This document shows positions 19,051 to 29,395 of a stretch of 64,000 nucleotides of DNA, one piece after another. This stretch comes from a virus (Duplodnaviria > Caudoviricetes). Under the pieces are notes generated by a model. That model saw only the letters and a program-made list of their open reading frames with translations. It did no database searches and had not been told where the DNA came from. The DNA is taken from IMG/VR virus record IMGVR_UViG_3300038345_000103, positions 1 to 64,000 of that record, one strand, 5' to 3'. How positions within the stretch are numbered: the first letter of the stretch is position 1; each line of letters opens with the position of its first letter. Position numbers and translations under genes: made by a program.

Positions 19051-19083
19051 AGCGTCACAACGCAACTAATAAGGGAGGTAAAA

Positions 19084-19344
19084 ATGACCTTAGCAGATTT
19101 AAATTTGGTGTTAAAAAAATATAATATTCCTGAGAATGCTACGATAATAGTATTTACTGATGAAGATTTTTGGGAGTTAAGTATAGTTCGCATTTTTTAT
19201 AATAAGATAAGCAATCAATTGTGTATTTGTGGTAATGATGAAAACAATATAAATCTTTTTGACCATGCTGAAGAGCGTTTTAAGAAAAGAGATGGTTGGA
19301 AACAACTTTATTATCGTGACGAATGGAAAACTTTATTTGATTAA
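19084..19344 (+). CDS. Hypothetical protein
   Basis: GGGAGG RBS before ATG 19084. Confidence 0.65.
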   Translation: MTLADLNLVLKKYNIPENATIIVFTDEDFWELSIVRIFYNKISNQLCICGNDENNINLFDHAEERFKKRDGWKQLYYRDEWKTLFD

Positions 19345-19358
19345 GGGAGGATAAAACA

Positions 19359-19589
19359 ATGAACAAAGACAGACGGAAACGGATTTTAAATATAATTGAA
19401 AAGATAAGAGATAACTTATCAGATTTAGATATTATTCAGGATGAAGAGCAAAATGCATTTGATAATCTTCCTGAAGGACTTCAGTATTCATCACGAGGAG
19501 AGGATATGGAAAATGCTATTGATGCAATAGCAACTGCAATAAGTGATATTGGCGGAGCACTTGACGATTTAGAGGGCGAGGTGACTTAA
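19359..19589 (+). CDS. Conserved-looking helical hypothetical protein
   Basis: MNK.RRK..DEEQ.AFDNLPEGLQ.S.RGE.ME.AI pattern common in Firmicute phages. Confidence 0.75.
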   Translation: MNKDRRKRILNIIEKIRDNLSDLDIIQDEEQNAFDNLPEGLQYSSRGEDMENAIDAIATAISDIGGALDDLEGEVT

Positions 19590-20276
19590 ATGTTTGGTGT
19601 TGTAATGATAGTGATATGGTTTGTTTGTTGGATAATAAAGTCAGGACAGCAGACCAGCCGAAACTCATATCTGAGAACCTATTCAGGAGACCAGTATATA
19701 TATAGAGACCTTGCAGGCGTAACAATGCTTAAGAGTAACAATCAGATTGTAATAGAACGAAAAAACAAATCAACGGGGCATCGGGTGTTTTATGATAAGC
19801 ATGGTAGGGTAGTTCTTGACGCAACGGAAGATGAGATGCGTAAAAAGATAAGTGATAATCCTGAACAGCCGGTGGCATATGATAAGGTAAGGTTTGCAGG
19901 ATATTATATAAAGCGAATCGCAAAAATGGTTGACGGCAAGATGAAGTTCTATACTACGATACATTATAAAGATGCCGATTTTATCGTTGACCTTGACACA
20001 TTAAAGATAATTGCCCCTACAAGCAACCAGCTTAGATACGAATTGGTCTGCAAGTCAAGGGGTTATTTAAACTACACCGATGAGGGGTTTCGGGAAGTTA
20101 TAAACGAATTTAATTCATTAGATGAGATAGACAGACATGGTATGGTCGCTGAATTTAACGGTTCTCATTTGGCTAATATGGATGGCGGTTACTGGTCAAG
20201 CTATCTATATAACGAAAGGCAACCTAGAAAGCAGTGGAGTTATTTCTACAGGAACGACAGACCATGGATTAAATAA
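19590..20276 (+). CDS. Membrane-anchored hypothetical protein
   Basis: N-terminal hydrophobic helix MFGVVMIVIWFVCWII. Confidence 0.7.
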   Translation: MFGVVMIVIWFVCWIIKSGQQTSRNSYLRTYSGDQYIYRDLAGVTMLKSNNQIVIERKNKSTGHRVFYDKHGRVVLDATEDEMRKKISDNPEQPVAYDKVRFAGYYIKRIAKMVDGKMKFYTTIHYKDADFIVDLDTLKIIAPTSNQLRYELVCKSRGYLNYTDEGFREVINEFNSLDEIDRHGMVAEFNGSHLANMDGGYWSSYLYNERQPRKQWSYFYRNDRPWIK

Positions 20277-20288
20277 GGAGGTGTGATT

Positions 20289-21260
20289 ATGTCAGCAAAT
20301 GTATATGATGAGAAATGGCAGAAGAACCTAATGGAACTGATTGTTAAGCATCCGAACTATTACTTAAGGGAGTTTGTAAATTTCAATACGAAGCTTGCAT
20401 ATAAGTCATTGCACGGTTATGTATATGCTATTATAAGGTTTATGGATGATATACGGAAACCTGTAAGGAACATCGGATTTGACGACTATACAAATTATAT
20501 GGCAAGCATAAGAGAAATGTCTCCTTCGGGGCAGATAGTAATCTATTCAGCATTAAAGAAATATAGCAAATATTTGTATGTTTCAGGTAAGACTGATAAG
20601 GATTATATGGAATCGATTGAGCGTCCTAATGCAACAGAGCGTCAGTCAACTATCAGCAAGAGAGAAAAGGGATTTCTTTCAGATGAAGAGATACCCAAGT
20701 ATCTTCAGAACGTAAGGAACGCTGTCGGTTATCGTGAAGCAAAGTACTGGAAAGAAAGAGACATGCTCTTAGTTCAGCTTTTTCTTAACACCGGGTTAAG
20801 ATGCTCAGGCGTTTGGAAGTTGGATGTATCTGATATTGATTTTGAAAATCATATGCTGACAACAACAGAAAAGCGTGGTAAGGTAAAGTCTTATGTTTTA
20901 ACAGACGAATTAATTGACCTGATAAATGAATGGCTTGAAGCAAGAGACTCGCGGGCAATTAAGGGAGAGGAAGCGTTATTTGTATCGGAACGTGGTACAC
21001 GGCTTTCTATAGAAAGAATAGCGGAGATAATTCATGCTTATGCGTCAAATATTGACGGCAAGAATATTACACCTCATAAATTAAGAGCAACTTTTGGAAC
21101 TCAGGTGTACAGTGCGACAAAGGATATTTATCTTACTCAGACAGCGATGGGGCATAAGAGTCCTCAGACAACAGAACTCTATATCAGAGGTCAGGCAAAT
21201 AAAAGCATGATGGTTGCGGCTGATATAATGCGTAACATCACTCTAAAAAATTTTGCTTGA
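20289..21260 (+). CDS. Tyrosine recombinase (SPbeta YopP/SroD-like by position)
   Basis: TGLR, EKRGK, HKLR, MGH and ELY catalytic motifs intact. Confidence 0.9.
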   Translation: MSANVYDEKWQKNLMELIVKHPNYYLREFVNFNTKLAYKSLHGYVYAIIRFMDDIRKPVRNIGFDDYTNYMASIREMSPSGQIVIYSALKKYSKYLYVSGKTDKDYMESIERPNATERQSTISKREKGFLSDEEIPKYLQNVRNAVGYREAKYWKERDMLLVQLFLNTGLRCSGVWKLDVSDIDFENHMLTTTEKRGKVKSYVLTDELIDLINEWLEARDSRAIKGEEALFVSERGTRLSIERIAEIIHAYASNIDGKNITPHKLRATFGTQVYSATKDIYLTQTAMGHKSPQTTELYIRGQANKSMMVAADIMRNITLKNFA

Positions 21261-21304
21261 CAGGTGGATAAATAAAAATATAATGGGAGAAGGGAGGTGT
21301 TGAT

Positions 21305-22510
21305 ATGTTACGAAAACACGAACTATTGGGAGATTTACGGAAATTATTAGCTTTAAATGTGGCTCAGAAAAATTGGCAGAAGGATACTGCTACAAGCATT
21401 CATGAAAAGCGAAATATCCCTATTGAAATACTGATAGATATTCTTACGCAAAGAACAGATATTGAAGATTATAATGAGTTTACCTTATTCTGTATTGCTG
21501 AAGCCTGCAATCTGAAACACGGGTTAGATTACTACTTCACTCAGTCAGAAATCAATGATTTTAATCATTATGTCCTGAAGACAACAGAAGTAAAGTTCCC
21601 TTATAAATTTGAGGTCATAGAGGTTGTTGAAAATTCACAATATATAGGCAAAACATCAGTTAAAGAACTGATAAGATTGCGTGATGCTCAGCTTATTAAT
21701 TATAATGAGAATGCTCAACGAACCCTTAAACGGATGAAAACCGAGGGTGGTGTTGAAATATCCTCAATCGACTTAAACCGCAAGGCTGTAAACGAAATCA
21801 TGCATGACCTTACAACCGGTGAATTTATTCCTAACACTCTGACTTTCGGCATATCGCCCGATACCGACTTCGAATATAATAAAGAAAGCAGAACGTTGAT
21901 AATCAAAGATAAAATCAGATTTGATATTCTCGACGGCTATCATCGTTATATCGCCCTGTCTAATAAGTACAACTTAGACAATCGTTTTGATTACCCTATG
22001 GAGTTACGCCTTGTAGTATTCCCTGAAACAAAGGCAAGACATTTCATCTTTCAAGAGGATAAGAAGACTAAGATGCGGAAGATTGATTCCGATGCTTTAT
22101 CTGCTACTGACCCTGCTAACGAGGTCTGTGCTAAGATAAAGAACAAACTTGCCGGTAATATCCTCGTAGCACGTAACAACGGAATTATCGATGAGTCGGT
22201 ATTATCTGAAATGATTCGCTGTTTATGTATCAAAAACGGTGCTAAGTATGACAACAAGATAAAGAATAGGATAAGCGACGACTTTGTTAATGCAGTTCTT
22301 ATTGGGGAAGATACATTTAACACTATCGACCTAAAGGTAAAGTGGTCAGTATCACTTACTGTTGCGTTTACATTATTGGTATATACATTCAGATTGAATG
22401 AAAAGCTTCTTATCTCTATAGATAAAACCATAAGAGAAAAGAAACTTATTACAGGCAAGACAGTTAACAGGACAGTCATTAACCGAATACGAAAGGAGGT
22501 ATTGGTATGA
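21305..22510 (+). CDS. DGQHR/DndB-ParB-like domain protein (SPbeta YopQ/SroE-like)
   Basis: YNENAQR, FIPNTLT and ILDGYHR motifs. Confidence 0.7.
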   Translation: MLRKHELLGDLRKLLALNVAQKNWQKDTATSIHEKRNIPIEILIDILTQRTDIEDYNEFTLFCIAEACNLKHGLDYYFTQSEINDFNHYVLKTTEVKFPYKFEVIEVVENSQYIGKTSVKELIRLRDAQLINYNENAQRTLKRMKTEGGVEISSIDLNRKAVNEIMHDLTTGEFIPNTLTFGISPDTDFEYNKESRTLIIKDKIRFDILDGYHRYIALSNKYNLDNRFDYPMELRLVVFPETKARHFIFQEDKKTKMRKIDSDALSATDPANEVCAKIKNKLAGNILVARNNGIIDESVLSEMIRCLCIKNGAKYDNKIKNRISDDFVNAVLIGEDTFNTIDLKVKWSVSLTVAFTLLVYTFRLNEKLLISIDKTIREKKLITGKTVNRTVINRIRKEVLV

Positions 22511-23409
22511 ATAAAGAGCGGAAACAAATGTATATGCTTGAAACCGCCAACAAATCAGCCGAACCATTCTTTCTAAAGGTAGAGCCTTATGAAGAACAGT
22601 TTGGCAAAGACCTTGCGGAATTTAGCATAAGGGAAATCTTAAATTTCTATAAGTTGATATGCAGTCCTTCAGTTGATTTCCTTAATAATATCAATTGTCA
22701 GTTCCGTATGTATACAGCATGGTGCCAGTCTCAAAATCTGTTAGCGGATAATCAGAACCATTATAATGAAATCGACTATAAAATCCTGATGTCATGTGTT
22801 AATATCGGATTGATGAAAGACAAAATTATTACAAGAACTAAGCTGTTAAAGCTGTTGACTGCCCTTGCAGAAAATCCAGTTGACCAGTTTATACCATTAG
22901 CGATATTTGAAGGTATATGTGGTGACCAATGTAAAGATTTATTATCCTTAACGATAAAGGACGCTGAAAACGGATATTGTTATATTAAATCAGATGTTAA
23001 GGTTACAATGTCATATGAACTTCAACGTTATGCAAGGCTGGCTGCGTATGAGTATATGTATTATAACAGTGCTTCTATAGGGAAACGTAAAGAGTTTCCT
23101 TTAGACAAAGGCGATAATCATATCATTAAAAAAGTAATCACTCATGGCGGTCAAAATGAAGAAGTCCATTATCATACAATACAAAAGAAACTCCGTAAGA
23201 TGCAAGATGTCTTAGGTGTTGCCGGTTTTACTGTTAAAGCACTTAAAGAGTCTGGACGTATCCATTTAATAACGGAAACTATGAAGCAGTATAATTGCAA
23301 TATAGAAGAAGCCATACAAAAGAATGCAGATATTGAGCGAATCTATGGTGTGCTTCAGTCTTATAAGGCATACGCCTATAAATATAGTGTAGCAATAGGC
23401 GGCGAATAA
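22507..23409 (+). CDS. Catalytically degenerate tyrosine-recombinase-fold protein, putative master repressor (YopR/MrpR/SroF-like)
   Basis: N-terminal E..F.KDLAEFS..EI SAM-like region; AIFEGICG and LKESG replace the catalytic R and HxxR; third gene of the trio. Confidence 0.6.
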   Translation: MNKERKQMYMLETANKSAEPFFLKVEPYEEQFGKDLAEFSIREILNFYKLICSPSVDFLNNINCQFRMYTAWCQSQNLLADNQNHYNEIDYKILMSCVNIGLMKDKIITRTKLLKLLTALAENPVDQFIPLAIFEGICGDQCKDLLSLTIKDAENGYCYIKSDVKVTMSYELQRYARLAAYEYMYYNSASIGKRKEFPLDKGDNHIIKKVITHGGQNEEVHYHTIQKKLRKMQDVLGVAGFTVKALKESGRIHLITETMKQYNCNIEEAIQKNADIERIYGVLQSYKAYAYKYSVAIGGE

Positions 23410-23417
23410 CCGCCTAT
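23395..23417 (+). terminator. GC-rich hairpin at the end of the repressor-like gene
   Basis: ATAGGCGG/CCGCCTAT 8-bp stem; U tract is weak. Confidence 0.35.
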
Positions 23418-23425
23418 AATTTCAT

Positions 23426-23677
23426 ATGAAGGAGAAAATCGTTATGACATTTATTGAGAAAGCAAGCGAATTGGATGTGTGTTATATAACAACAGGCTTA
23501 TGCCATAGCATCATGTTTAATATCTGTAATGTTGAAGTAACGGAAAGCGAATTGGTGCTTAGTGACCTTGACTTCGGTGAGGTGCGGATTCCTCTGGATG
23601 ATTTACCTGTGCCTAATAAAGAACTCGATAATATAATGGAGGTTTGGGAGAGCAAATCAATCCGTTTTGAATTTTAA
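23426..23677 (+). CDS. Hypothetical protein
   Basis: ORF track. Confidence 0.55.
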   Translation: MKEKIVMTFIEKASELDVCYITTGLCHSIMFNICNVEVTESELVLSDLDFGEVRIPLDDLPVPNKELDNIMEVWESKSIRFEF

Positions 23678-23698
23678 TAACAAGTTGAAAATTATGTA

Positions 23699-23727
23699 TT
23701 GACAAATTGTCTAAAATGGTGTATAGT
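23699..23727 (+). promoter_or_regulatory. Sigma70-type promoter of the replication operon
   Basis: TTGACA-17bp-TATAGT, intergenic. Confidence 0.75.
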
Positions 23728-23770
23728 ACGGACATACCCCATTAATAACTAAATATTTTATAAAGGAGAA

Positions 23771-24892
23771 ATGCACATGAACAAATTCAGATTTGTGGGC
23801 AAGGTAGAGTTGAACGCTCTCGATGCCAAAGTCCCGTTCAAGCGTGAAGGCAAAACAAAAGACGGAGAAAACTATGCTTCGTTTAATTGTATTGTTGTGC
23901 CGGCTAAGAACAATCGGGCGTACTGCGAAGCTTATGGTGCCGTTACAGACAAAATCAAGTCGTTCGACTCCGATGGAAATGAGATTTCAATTCCTTGGAA
24001 TGAGAGAACTGATGAAAAATGGACTAAGAGCGTAGCATTCTTCCGACAGTACTCTATTAAACTTGGTGAAGATAAGCATAGCTTCATTTCAAGTTACGAC
24101 TTCGTTAAGTTTCTTATCAGTAACGCATCGTTAATTAAGGATAAGAAGTTTATCGTTATTGGTTCTTTAAATCCTAACGAGTACAACGGAAAAATTACAC
24201 AGAGGTTCCAGCTTCAGAACATGATTGAAATCGCTGATGATGATAATGAAACGCCTCAGCTTGAAACTACGCTTGATTATACTTGGACGGCTGATTCTAT
24301 TGATGATGGCGACTGGACGGAAAAGAAAATTATCAATATCAACGGCTATATCAATCAGAGCATCAACAAGGATAACAAGAATAAGTACATCTTACATCCT
24401 GTTGTCTTTGATGCAAGCAAGATTGACTTTGGTAATGAAAAGCACATGGCTGCCCTTAACATGAAGCTTAAGCAGATAGGTCTTGAATTTGCCAATGGTT
24501 CAATCAAGAACAAAATTAAGAAAGACGCTGTATGCAAACTTCCTTTTAAATGCCGTCTTATCAACGGAGCAGAGGAAAAGGAGTTTGATGAGAGCCAGTT
24601 AACGGAAAATCAGCAGGCTATGATTGCTTGTGGTCTTATGTCTCTTGATGATTTCAAGCCTAAGGGAGCTATCTATGGCGAAAGAAAGACTACATACAAG
24701 CTTTTCAGCTATGACCTTCGTGATGATTATTCGGATGGTTATGTAACAGTTAAGGACTTTACTCCGAGTGATTTGGCTAGTATGGTTTATACTCCTTCAG
24801 TATCCGGTTCAGCTCCTAAGGGAAAGGCAGAAAGTCCTACTCAGACAGTTGAGAACACAGAGGACGGCGTTGACCTTGATTCATTGTTTTAA
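23771..24892 (+). CDS. Putative single-stranded DNA-binding protein (OB-fold)
   Basis: F.FVGKV start; acidic/hydrophobic C-terminal tail DGVDLDSLF; first gene of the SPbeta-like replication block. Confidence 0.55.
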   Translation: MHMNKFRFVGKVELNALDAKVPFKREGKTKDGENYASFNCIVVPAKNNRAYCEAYGAVTDKIKSFDSDGNEISIPWNERTDEKWTKSVAFFRQYSIKLGEDKHSFISSYDFVKFLISNASLIKDKKFIVIGSLNPNEYNGKITQRFQLQNMIEIADDDNETPQLETTLDYTWTADSIDDGDWTEKKIININGYINQSINKDNKNKYILHPVVFDASKIDFGNEKHMAALNMKLKQIGLEFANGSIKNKIKKDAVCKLPFKCRLINGAEEKEFDESQLTENQQAMIACGLMSLDDFKPKGAIYGERKTTYKLFSYDLRDDYSDGYVTVKDFTPSDLASMVYTPSVSGSAPKGKAESPTQTVENTEDGVDLDSLF

Positions 24893-24907
24893 TTAAGGAG
24901 GATTAAC

Positions 24908-26041
24908 ATGGGTAAGTTTGGTAAAAAGGTTGAAATAAACCTTAATCCTTTAGCTTATAATTTTGGACTTTTAGGTGAGTCCGGTATCGGTAAGTCAACT
25001 ATTGTAAAGCAGATGTGTGAAAAACTTGTAGGCGATGAAGGTTATATTGCACTTGACATCGGTAAGGAAGATGGTCATAAGGCAATCTCGGGTATCGTAT
25101 CAGAACAAGTCCCTACATGGAGTAAGTTTGCCGAGGTTATCGATGATATTGTTGAGAATAAAGCAGAAGATTATCCGAATTTAAAGGTAGTTGTTATTGA
25201 TACATATGACCAGCTTTGTGTAATTGCTGAAAAGGAAGTTGTAAGGCTTTGGAATAAAAAGTGTATTGAATCCCAAAAACCTCAGATTGACACCATTAAT
25301 CAGGCATTTGGTGGTTACGGTAAGGGTATCGACAAAGTAAAAGAAATCATACTTGATAAACTTTGGGCATTAAAGAGCGTCGGAGTATCATTCTGTATCA
25401 TCGGGCATACAAAGAGAACGGATATTACCGATGTAATGTCAGAAGAGCAGTATTCAATGCTTACCGCTAACACAACACAGAATTATTTTAACGCTATTAA
25501 AACAAAGCTTGACTTTCTTGGCATGGCTTACATTGACCGTGAAATGGTTAAAGTTAAGACTAAGAACAAGGATAAAGACGGAAACGTTATCGTAAAGAAT
25601 AAGGTGTCAGGTGAGAGCCGTGTGATTAATTTCCGTGATGATACCTATTCGGTTGATAGCAAGTGCAGGTTTGCTAATATTATCGACCAAATTCCCTTTG
25701 ATGTGGATGCTCTTATTAAAGCAATGCAGGACGCTATATTAGCAGAACAAAGTAAGGACGGTATAACACTTGACGATGCCAAAAAGAAACAGGCTGAGGA
25801 AGCCGTAATCGCTGAAGAGAAAGCAAAACAAAACTCCGAAGCAGCAAAAGCAAAGAAAATAGCAGAACAGGAGGAGGTTAAGAGAAGCGATGTACTTAAT
25901 TCGATACAGTCCAAGTTCCCTAATTTATCCGTTGACAAGATAAATCAAATTAAAGAACGCTTGACCGCCGCTGGCTATTCTAAATTTACAGATTCTAATA
26001 TCCCTGTTAGTCTGTTGATAGAGATTGACAAGGACATCTGA
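24908..26041 (+). CDS. AAA_24/Sak4-like ATPase
   Basis: Walker A GESGIGKS; VVIDTYD Walker B; FGGYG, IIGH. Confidence 0.8.
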   Translation: MGKFGKKVEINLNPLAYNFGLLGESGIGKSTIVKQMCEKLVGDEGYIALDIGKEDGHKAISGIVSEQVPTWSKFAEVIDDIVENKAEDYPNLKVVVIDTYDQLCVIAEKEVVRLWNKKCIESQKPQIDTINQAFGGYGKGIDKVKEIILDKLWALKSVGVSFCIIGHTKRTDITDVMSEEQYSMLTANTTQNYFNAIKTKLDFLGMAYIDREMVKVKTKNKDKDGNVIVKNKVSGESRVINFRDDTYSVDSKCRFANIIDQIPFDVDALIKAMQDAILAEQSKDGITLDDAKKKQAEEAVIAEEKAKQNSEAAKAKKIAEQEEVKRSDVLNSIQSKFPNLSVDKINQIKERLTAAGYSKFTDSNIPVSLLIEIDKDI

Positions 26042-26051
26042 TAATTCTTAT

Positions 26052-26087
26052 ATAGTCCGGTGCTTAACAGTGCCGGACTATTTCTTT
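26052..26087 (+). terminator. Rho-independent terminator
   Basis: ATAGTCCGG/CCGGACTAT 9-bp stem followed by TTCTTT. Confidence 0.7.
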
Positions 26088-26098
26088 AGGAGGATGAT

Positions 26099-26596
26099 AT
26101 GTTAGTTAAACTACATGATTACAATAACGACAGTAAGATAGACCGCAAAGACGCTTATAAGGCTCCTAACGGTTTTTATTATTCTTCAGAAGAAGCATAT
26201 CAAACCACCATACAGCGTGAACAACAACGAAAACAGTGTATCGATAAGATGTATGATTATATGGGCTATCAAAGCTTTATGAAGATACCGACTATCTTTT
26301 ACAAGAAGTTAAAAGACTGGGAAGGATATGGCTATAATGTTATCTATCGGGCTATGTTACTTGCAGAAAGTGGTATTCAGAGAGCACTGACATCAAAAGA
26401 GTTCGATAGTGAATTTAATAAGGTAACTTACTTATCAGCAATCATACAAAATCAGCTTAACGATGCCTTAAAATTAGAAAAACGTGAGAAGTCAGTCAAG
26501 GCTGATACTCCTAAGATAGAAGTCGATAATATCAGCAATATTGGACGCAAGACAAATCCTGCTGCCGGCGTCGCTGATTTACTTGGAGGTATTTAA
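26099..26596 (+). CDS. Hypothetical replication protein upstream of the helicase (YorH-like position)
   Basis: AGGAGG RBS; synteny. Confidence 0.7.
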   Translation: MLVKLHDYNNDSKIDRKDAYKAPNGFYYSSEEAYQTTIQREQQRKQCIDKMYDYMGYQSFMKIPTIFYKKLKDWEGYGYNVIYRAMLLAESGIQRALTSKEFDSEFNKVTYLSAIIQNQLNDALKLEKREKSVKADTPKIEVDNISNIGRKTNPAAGVADLLGGI

Positions 26597-26600
26597 TGCT

Positions 26601-28058
26601 ATGGATTTAGCAAGTATTAAAGAAAAAATCAATAAAGACAGAGAACGGATTGAGTGTTCATTTGTCTTTTGCTTTTGGAAAGACCCGACATTATATGATG
26701 ACTATAAAGAAGTCAACATGGGGACAGATGAGACTATTATAACCAAGGATGCGATATTTTATTTTCAACTCGGCAGAGCGTTACGGAGACAGGGATTAAA
26801 CACCTTCGATAATATATCGGTAGCAAACTATCTCGTATCTCACCCTACAGTTAATACCCAGTTTGAAGAGTATGGTGGTTGGCATGAAGTTGAAAAGCTG
26901 AAAAGCCTTGTCAATACCAATAATATCAATTCTTATTATGATGATTTGGTAAAGCGAAATGCTTTAATCACTATAGCAACAAAGTATGATGAATTGTTTG
27001 ATGATATTGGACGTTTTGAAAATGCATCGTCAGATGAAGTATATAAGACGTTTGACCTGTTGAACAGTTCAGCTATCATATCAAGTAAGAACGAGTCCAA
27101 AATTGAGGATATGCATATCACTCCTGAGGATATTGAGTACTTTGAACAGGGTGAAGCACAGGGTATATCTTACTATAATGCAGCCCCACTCCTTAATTAT
27201 ACTACGTTGGGACTTCCCATTGCTGATATATATCTTATATCGGGGCACTCCGGTTCAGGCAAGACATCGTTTGCCTTCAACATGGCAGTCAGTATTGCTG
27301 CGGACGGCAACCCTGTTACTATCTTAGCTAATGAAATGAAGTTGCGTAAATATAAGATATTATTACTCGCATATGTATTAACTCACGAATTAAAGTATTA
27401 TAAGATAACCCGTAAAAAGATACAGATAGGCAGGTGGACTGAGGAAGAGAAACTCAAGATACTTGAAGCGGCTAAAATCATTAACGAAAAGTATCTGAAC
27501 ATCAAATTCATTGAGATATTTGGTAATGATTCGGCTACAATCATGCGTCAGATGAAACAGGCGAACCGCCTGTATGGTTGTTCAGTTTTCTTTTGGGATA
27601 CATATAAGAGTGATGATACGTCATCCGATAAGATGTGGCAGGAACTGCTTATGAGCAGTCGTCGAGTATTTAATCTTGTAGCCAAGGAAGACTGGAGTCT
27701 TGTATGTACCTTTCAGCTTGCTGGCTTTACTACAAATCAGCGTTATCTTGATGCCGGCTGTCTCAGTAACTCAAAGCAGATAAAAGAAGTAGTCAGCGAA
27801 CATATCATGCTACGTAAGCTTTGGCATGATGAATACAGTGGAGAGAAGTTTGACTGTAAACCATACAAGTTTAAACCTGATTCAAAAGATAAGGAATATT
27901 TAATATTAGACCCTGAAAAAACATATATCGTTGCGTTTATCGATAAGACACGTAACGATGAAAATGCAAAGTGTATCTTATTCGAGTGGACAAGTGCATG
28001 GAACAAATGGACAGAGTTAGGTTACTGTCACATCTTAAACGACCATAGGGGCATCTAA
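26601..28058 (+). CDS. dnaB: DnaB-like replicative helicase
   Basis: Walker A SGHSGSGKTS; ANEM, FFWDTYK, TFQL and SKQIKEV SF4 motifs; in-frame ATG 26601 after GGAGG. Confidence 0.88.
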   Translation: MDLASIKEKINKDRERIECSFVFCFWKDPTLYDDYKEVNMGTDETIITKDAIFYFQLGRALRRQGLNTFDNISVANYLVSHPTVNTQFEEYGGWHEVEKLKSLVNTNNINSYYDDLVKRNALITIATKYDELFDDIGRFENASSDEVYKTFDLLNSSAIISSKNESKIEDMHITPEDIEYFEQGEAQGISYYNAAPLLNYTTLGLPIADIYLISGHSGSGKTSFAFNMAVSIAADGNPVTILANEMKLRKYKILLLAYVLTHELKYYKITRKKIQIGRWTEEEKLKILEAAKIINEKYLNIKFIEIFGNDSATIMRQMKQANRLYGCSVFFWDTYKSDDTSSDKMWQELLMSSRRVFNLVAKEDWSLVCTFQLAGFTTNQRYLDAGCLSNSKQIKEVVSEHIMLRKLWHDEYSGEKFDCKPYKFKPDSKDKEYLILDPEKTYIVAFIDKTRNDENAKCILFEWTSAWNKWTELGYCHILNDHRGI

Positions 28059-28059
28059 T

Positions 28060-29052
28060 ATGAATATTTCTGGGATTATCAATACAATAGAAAACAATCC
28101 CGAATTGATTGAAGTAATCCTAGAAGCCCTTGGACATGTCGATGTGAGAGATAGAGGAAGATATTATCAGTGCAGCAACCTTGATGGTGATAACCACACT
28201 GCTATATCAATCCTTAAAGAACGACTGTTATATAACAACTATACAAGAGGGCGTAAAGGAAATATCTTTACCCTTGTCATGGATGAAAAGGATGTTGGGT
28301 TTGGCTCTGCTCTACGTTTTATCGCTCAAACAATCGGATATGATGATTCGAAGAGTAGAGTACACTATCCTTTTTCGGGATTTTATCGTGGACTTGTTGG
28401 CGGCTCAGATGATATTGAACACAACATCCCCGTTTATGATGAAAGCGAACTACCTGAAGCCGGAGCTTTAAGTGAGATGTGGTTTAAAGATGGAGTTGAC
28501 TATCTCACTCAAGAGCGGTTCGGTATTACGATAGACTTTAAAAGCAACAGGATAATTATTCCTGAGCATAATACAGATGGAGAATTAATCGGAGCAAAGG
28601 GGCGTTATAACGGAGAATGCGACCCGTCAGAACGCTGGTCTATGTATCTGCCTTATCCTAAATCATTAGTCTTATATGGATGGCATCAAAACTATACCTC
28701 TATAATGAAAAAACAAATAGTCTTTCTTGTAGAAGCTGAGAAGTCAGTTTGTCAGGCTGCATCTTGGGGATTCAATCTCCTTCTTGCTACTGGCGGACAT
28801 GACATTAGTTCAACACAGGCTAAAAATATTCAGTCATTAGGGGTTGATGTTGTTATTGCTTATGATGAAGGTATAAGTACAGAAGAAATTAAAGAGCAAG
28901 CACGAAAAGTTATCCTTGATAGTAAGTATTGGAGTAATCGTGTTGGCTATATAGACATGACCGGTTTAAAGAGCAAAGTGTCTCCAACTGATTCAGGGTA
29001 TAGAGCATTTAAAAATATTGTAAAAACAAGGACTAAATGGATATATGGATGA
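28060..29052 (+). CDS. DNA primase (Zn finger + TOPRIM)
   Basis: C..DGDN.TA Zn-binding region; IIIPEH, KGR, LYG; VEAEKSV and IAYDEG TOPRIM motifs. Confidence 0.85.
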   Translation: MNISGIINTIENNPELIEVILEALGHVDVRDRGRYYQCSNLDGDNHTAISILKERLLYNNYTRGRKGNIFTLVMDEKDVGFGSALRFIAQTIGYDDSKSRVHYPFSGFYRGLVGGSDDIEHNIPVYDESELPEAGALSEMWFKDGVDYLTQERFGITIDFKSNRIIIPEHNTDGELIGAKGRYNGECDPSERWSMYLPYPKSLVLYGWHQNYTSIMKKQIVFLVEAEKSVCQAASWGFNLLLATGGHDISSTQAKNIQSLGVDVVIAYDEGISTEEIKEQARKVILDSKYWSNRVGYIDMTGLKSKVSPTDSGYRAFKNIVKTRTKWIYG

Positions 29053-29395
29053 ATTAAGATTACTTATACTAAGTCGATATGGTACTGTTCGCTCCTTTGC
29101 GATGGATTATGGAGCGTCAGAGAGTATGCTGAGTCATATTCTTGCTGGCAGAAAAGAAATCCCTGACAAAGAGAAATTTGCTAAGTTGTTATCGATTGAT
29201 GTTGAAACATTAGAAACTTATATAAATCGACAGCCATTAACCAACAAGCAGAAATTTGAAGAGATTTTTGGGTGTCAGCCAAACGCTAAGTGTCCATTGG
29301 CTTCAACGCCTTTATGTAACGATGACTGTAGTAAATGTCAACATAATCAGTTTTGGGAACAAACATTTCATACAAAGGAGAAATTATATGGATGA
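29045..29395 (+). CDS. XRE-like HTH protein with Cys-rich C-terminus
   Basis: SFAMDYGASESMLSHILAGRK HTH; C..C...C..C tail. Confidence 0.6.
   Translation: MDELRLLILSRYGTVRSFAMDYGASESMLSHILAGRKEIPDKEKFAKLLSIDVETLETYINRQPLTNKQKFEEIFGCQPNAKCPLASTPLCNDDCSKCQHNQFWEQTFHTKEKLYG

Noticed and set aside
21257-21283. TTGACA/TATAAT promoter before the DGQHR gene
   Set aside because: The spacer is only 15 bp and the -35 overlaps the upstream stop codon; not listed as a feature
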